The notes below the pieces were generated by a model. That model was given only the letters and a program-made list of their open reading frames with translations, was not told the origin of the DNA and did not search any database. Positions 58,485 through 64,000 of a stretch of DNA of 64,000 bases are shown here, in pieces. Origin of the DNA: the human T2T-CHM13v2.0 reference genome, Homo sapiens; NCBI RefSeq assembly GCF_009914755.1, contig NC_060947.1. One strand, given 5' to 3'. Numbering within the stretch: position 1 is the stretch's first letter; each line of letters opens with the position of its first letter. The translations under genes and the position numbers were made by a program.

Positions 58485-58893
58485 TGTTATGGGCTGAACT
58501 GTCCATCCAAACTTCGTAGGTTGAAGCCCTAACTCAACAGTATCTCAGAACATGAATGAATTTGGAGATAAATCCTTTAAAGAGATAGTTACGTTAAAAT
58601 GAGGCTGTTAAAGTGGGCTCTACTCCAATTTGAAAGGTATCTTTATAAGAACAGAAAATTACGACACATATTGAGACACTAGACACATGCACATGCAGAA
58701 AGGAAAGACCAGGTGAAAACATATTGAAAAGGTGAGCCACCTGCAATCCAAAAAGAGAGGCCTCAGGAGAAACCAAACTTACTGACACCTTGATCTTATA
58801 CTTTCAGTCTCCAGAAATGTGAGAAAATTGATTTCTGTTATTTAAGCCACCAAGTCTGTGGTAATTTGTTATGGCAGTGCTAGCAAACGATCA
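58485..58893 (+). mobile_element. MLT1A/B-like solo LTR
   Basis: tgttatgggctgaactg...gagaggcctcaggagaaacc...ttgttatggcagtgctagcaaac. Confidence 0.85.
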
Positions 58894-59722
58894 ATTTTGT
58901 TGATATTTTCAGACAACCAACTTTTGGTCTCATCGATTTTCTATGCTGTTTTTCTGCTATTTCATTTATTTCAACTCTAGTAATTATCATATTATTGGTT
59001 TCCTTCCACTGGTTTTGCATTTACATTGCAAAATTCCTTCTGAATCTCCTAGTTTCTTAAGGCAGATTAGGTCATTGGTTTTACATTTTTTCTTCTTTTT
59101 AATATAGGCATTTACAGCTTCAAATTTCCCTGTGACTACTATTTTTCCTGCAGTCTGTAAGTTTTGATGTGTTGTGTTTTCATTTTCATTAATCTTATTT
59201 TCTTATTTCTTCAGTGATTTATTCTTTGACCCACTGGTTATTTAGGAGTATATTGTTTAATTCCCACATATTTGTGAATTTCCCAAATTTCCATCTGTTG
59301 TTGACTTCTAATTTAATTATATTGTGATCTGCAAATTTACTGCATATGATTTCTATTCTTTTAAGTTTGTTGAGACTTGTTTTATGGCCTAGCATATGGG
59401 TCTATCCTGGAGATTGTTCCACATACACTTGAGAAGAATGTATATTCTTCTGTGGTTGGGTGGAGTGGTCTGCAAATATCTGTTAGGTCTATTTAAATTA
59501 TTGTGTTGTTCAAGTCCTCTATTTTCTTGTTGATCTTCTAATCATTTTATCCATTATTGAAAATGAGTATTGAAATCTCCAACTATTATTGTTGAATTGT
59601 CTATTTTATCTTCAATTCTGTTAATTTTTGCTTCATGTATTTTTGGGACCTGTTGTTAAGTATATAAATATTTAATATGTTTGTTATATTTTCCTGATTA
59701 ATTGACCCTTTTATCATTATAA

Positions 59723-60052
<330 letters not shown>

Positions 60053-60451
60053 CAACATTTTTTTTTGTTTTAATACGTATTTTGTGTGATAACACTAACA
60101 GCTACTCCAGCTGTCCGATGGTTGCAGTTTACATGGTATATCTTTCTCTGTTATTTTAGTTTTAACCTATTTGTATCTTTGAATTGAAGGTACATCTCTT
60201 TTTGACAGCATACAGTTAGACCTCAGTTTTTTTATCCAGTCTGAGAATTTCTTTCTTTTTATCAGGTTATTTACTCCATTCACATTCACATTATTATTAA
60301 TACAGTTGAATTAATATCTGCCATTTGCTATTAGTTTTCCATATGTCGTATTTTACAAAATATTTTCTGTCCCTTCTTTACCGCCTTGTTTTGTATGAAA
60401 TAGGTATTTTCCAATGTAGCATTTTAATTTCTTTATTAAATTTTAAACCCT

Positions 60452-61356
<905 letters not shown>

Positions 61357-63785
61357 TAAAGTTATATTCTTATTTATTGCTCTAGGAATTACAATATACA
61401 TCTTATATTCTACTTCAGTTTTATACTAACTTAATTACAGTAAGATATTTACAAATTTGCTCTACTATAGCTCCATTTCCTCCTTCTTCCTTTGTGTTTT
61501 TATTTTCATATATATTTTGTCTATATACAGTACAAACTCAACAGTGCAGTGTTATAATTGTTGCTTTAAATAATCTTATGCTGTTTGAAGGAACAAAAAA
61601 GAAATAAAACTATACTTATAAAGTTTTATGTTGAGCTTCTTATTTATGATTTCTGGTACTCTTTATTTCTTCCTGTGCATTTGAGAGACTACCTGATGTC
61701 ATTGTCTTGCTCCACTGCAACTTCCTTCCCTTCAGCCTACTCTGTGCTGTCATTGTTAAGTATCTCTCTATATGTTACAGGCCCCCAATTCAATTATACT
61801 GCTATTGTTTTGTGCTATTGTTTTTAAATCAATTAAGGGAAGATAAGAATATGTAATTATGCTGTCTTTTATAGTTACTACATAATTACATTTATCAGCA
61901 CTCTTAGTTTTTTTTCATGTGGATATGAATTACTGTGTGACATCACTTCCTTTCAGCCTGAATAACTTCCTTCGATATTTCTTGTAAGGGAAGTCTGACA
62001 TCGACAAATTATCTCCGTCTTTGTTTATCTGAGAATGTCTTTATTTTGCCTATAGTTCTGAAAGGTAGTTTTGCCAGATACAGGATTCTTGGTTGATATC
62101 TTTATCCTTCAAGCACTTTGATTATGTCATCCCTTTGCCTTCTGGTCTCCATTTTCTTTCTGATGAGAAGTCAGCTATTCATCTTTTTGGAGTTCACTTG
62201 TACATTATGAGTCATTTATTTTCTTGCTGCTCTTATGACTTTTCCTTTTGTCTTTGGCTTCTGACATTTTAACTGTAATATACTTAGGTGTATATCTTTA
62301 TGCCTTTATCCTTCTTGGAATTTCTTGAGGATTTTCCATATGTAGATTAACATTTTTCATCATGTTTTGGAAATTTTCAGCTATTATGCATTCATTTTTT
62401 TCCTGCCCCATTTATACTCTTCTCCTTGCAGTACTTTTATCATGTGTATGTTGAAGCACTTAATGGTGTCTCAGATTTCTGGAGCTCTGTTCATTTCCTT
62501 TATTCTTTTCTTCTGTTCTTCAGAGTGTATAATCTCTAATTATCTATCTTCAAATTCATTCTTTCTTCTTCCAGCCTTATTTACTGCAGAGCCCCTCCAG
62601 TAAATTGTTCCTTTCCATTGTTGTAATTTACAACTCCAGAATTTTCATTTGATTTTTCTTCTATAATTTCTCTCTTTATTATCTCTTTGACTTGTTATTT
62701 TCTCATTTTAGGCTGGTTCCTTTAGTTCTTTGAACATACTTATAATAGTTATTTTGAAGTGTTTGTGTCTGTCTGATATATTATCTACCCCTACACCCTC
62801 ACACGTTGTTTATATTGCCTGCTTTTTTTTGTACAATGGTCACACTATTCTGTTTCTTTGCATGTTTCATAATTGTTTGAGAACTGGGCATTTTAGATGA
62901 TATACTGTAACAAATCTAGATTCTGATTAGCTTTCCCACCACTACCATGGGGCTTGCTGTTTGGTGGTTTGCCTGGACTAATCTTGTGAAGTCTAATTTC
63001 CCTGCACTGTGAAATCTCCAATGTTACTGCTCAGTTTTTTCTCCTTGGTTTGTTTCTTTGTTACCTCAGAGTAGCTCCTGGGTCAGTATAACTTAATATT
63101 TACCTAGTGATTGGTCAGAATTGTGCTTATGCCCCTTAAGCCTTAATGATATAGAACTTTGATGATGGATTTCTGTGTGGCTTGGGGAATACTTATAAAT
63201 TGGCTCCATGTTCAAGCAGTGACTAGTAGCTCTCAAGTACACTTTCTGGTTGCTTTTGAGTCAATGCAGTGTAGCACATGTGCATGCCATCCTGACCCCC
63301 AGTGATCTTAACAGGACTCTTTTTAGCTGTCTCTCCCCTTGATTCTGTCTGTTAAACTTCTGGCTGGTCTGCCATTTAATTCGTTGCTTCTAGTTACATG
63401 AACTATTAGCTTCCTACTAGTTGTTCAACATAAAGATCTCTACCGTTTTTGAAAACACCTTTTAGGAGTGAGTTTTTCCATTCTCTGTTCCAAATAAAGT
63501 CAGCCCTCAACAGCGCTGCTGACCTGCCAGTCTTCCAGTCTTTCCTAACACCCTGAGCAGAATTTTTGTCGTTCCTTACTGGAATGAAGATATGGTAGTA
63601 GTCTGATTCTACCTAAGTGATATCACCCTATAAGCAGGAGCTGGAGGATGGGGATGGTAGCCCCATCTTTTTGATCTGTACCTCCTGGTATGGAACTTCT
63701 ACCCTACAAGTGGGATCTGGGGTGGGGAAGGAACCTCAGTCTTCTTGACTACGCCAACCCAAAATAGAGCTTCTAAAACATGAAG

Positions 63786-63829
63786 CTGCGAGTGGGGGGA
63801 AAAAGACACTGCGAGTGGGGGGAAAAAGA
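63786..63829. repeat. Tandem duplication, 23-bp period
   Basis: ctgcgagtggggggaaaaaga twice, identical, separated by ca. Confidence 0.95.
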
Positions 63830-64000
63830 GCAGCCTGTCTCTCTTCAGGTGAAACTGTAGTCTTATGACTAGGAGCTTGGCATAAAGGATGCCCCATCTT
63901 CTTGGCTATACCTGCCCAAAGTATAGCTTCCATGACAAAGAGCTGGGTTGGGGAGAGGTGATGACAGCTAGCTGGACTTCCTTTATTCTTATTGAGACCT

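Overview
Primate (very probably human) repeat-dense genomic DNA. It carries Alu J/S/Y, L1 of many ages, THE1/MST/MLT1 MaLR LTRs, MER41, a HERV-H remnant, MIR, L2, CR1/L3 and hAT DNA-transposon relics. I recognise no cellular protein-coding exon, rRNA, tRNA, CpG island or CRISPR array, so the window looks intergenic or deep-intronic; I cannot assign the locus. Nearly all listed ORFs are chance or repeat-derived. Bases ~24-45 kb and ~55-64 kb are nested L1 sequence. The most unusual structure is a compound locus at 19.4-23.9 kb. It contains a ~137-bp non-repeat module in three copies and a ~480-bp fold-back inverted duplication (about 90% identity by hand count, 152-bp spacer). Directly after it lies a collapsed HERV-H in which the first 19 nt of LTR7 are fused to the protease region. 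That fusion creates an in-frame ATG and a stand-alone protease-fold ORF, probably catalytically dead. Other local template-copy scars are a 70-bp copy of a neighbouring THE1 LTR, a 59-nt near-perfect hairpin inside an old L1, and 44-bp and 23-bp tandem duplications. Repeat subfamily names come from remembered consensus sequences, and boundaries of old elements are approximate. No function is demonstrated by the sequence alone.
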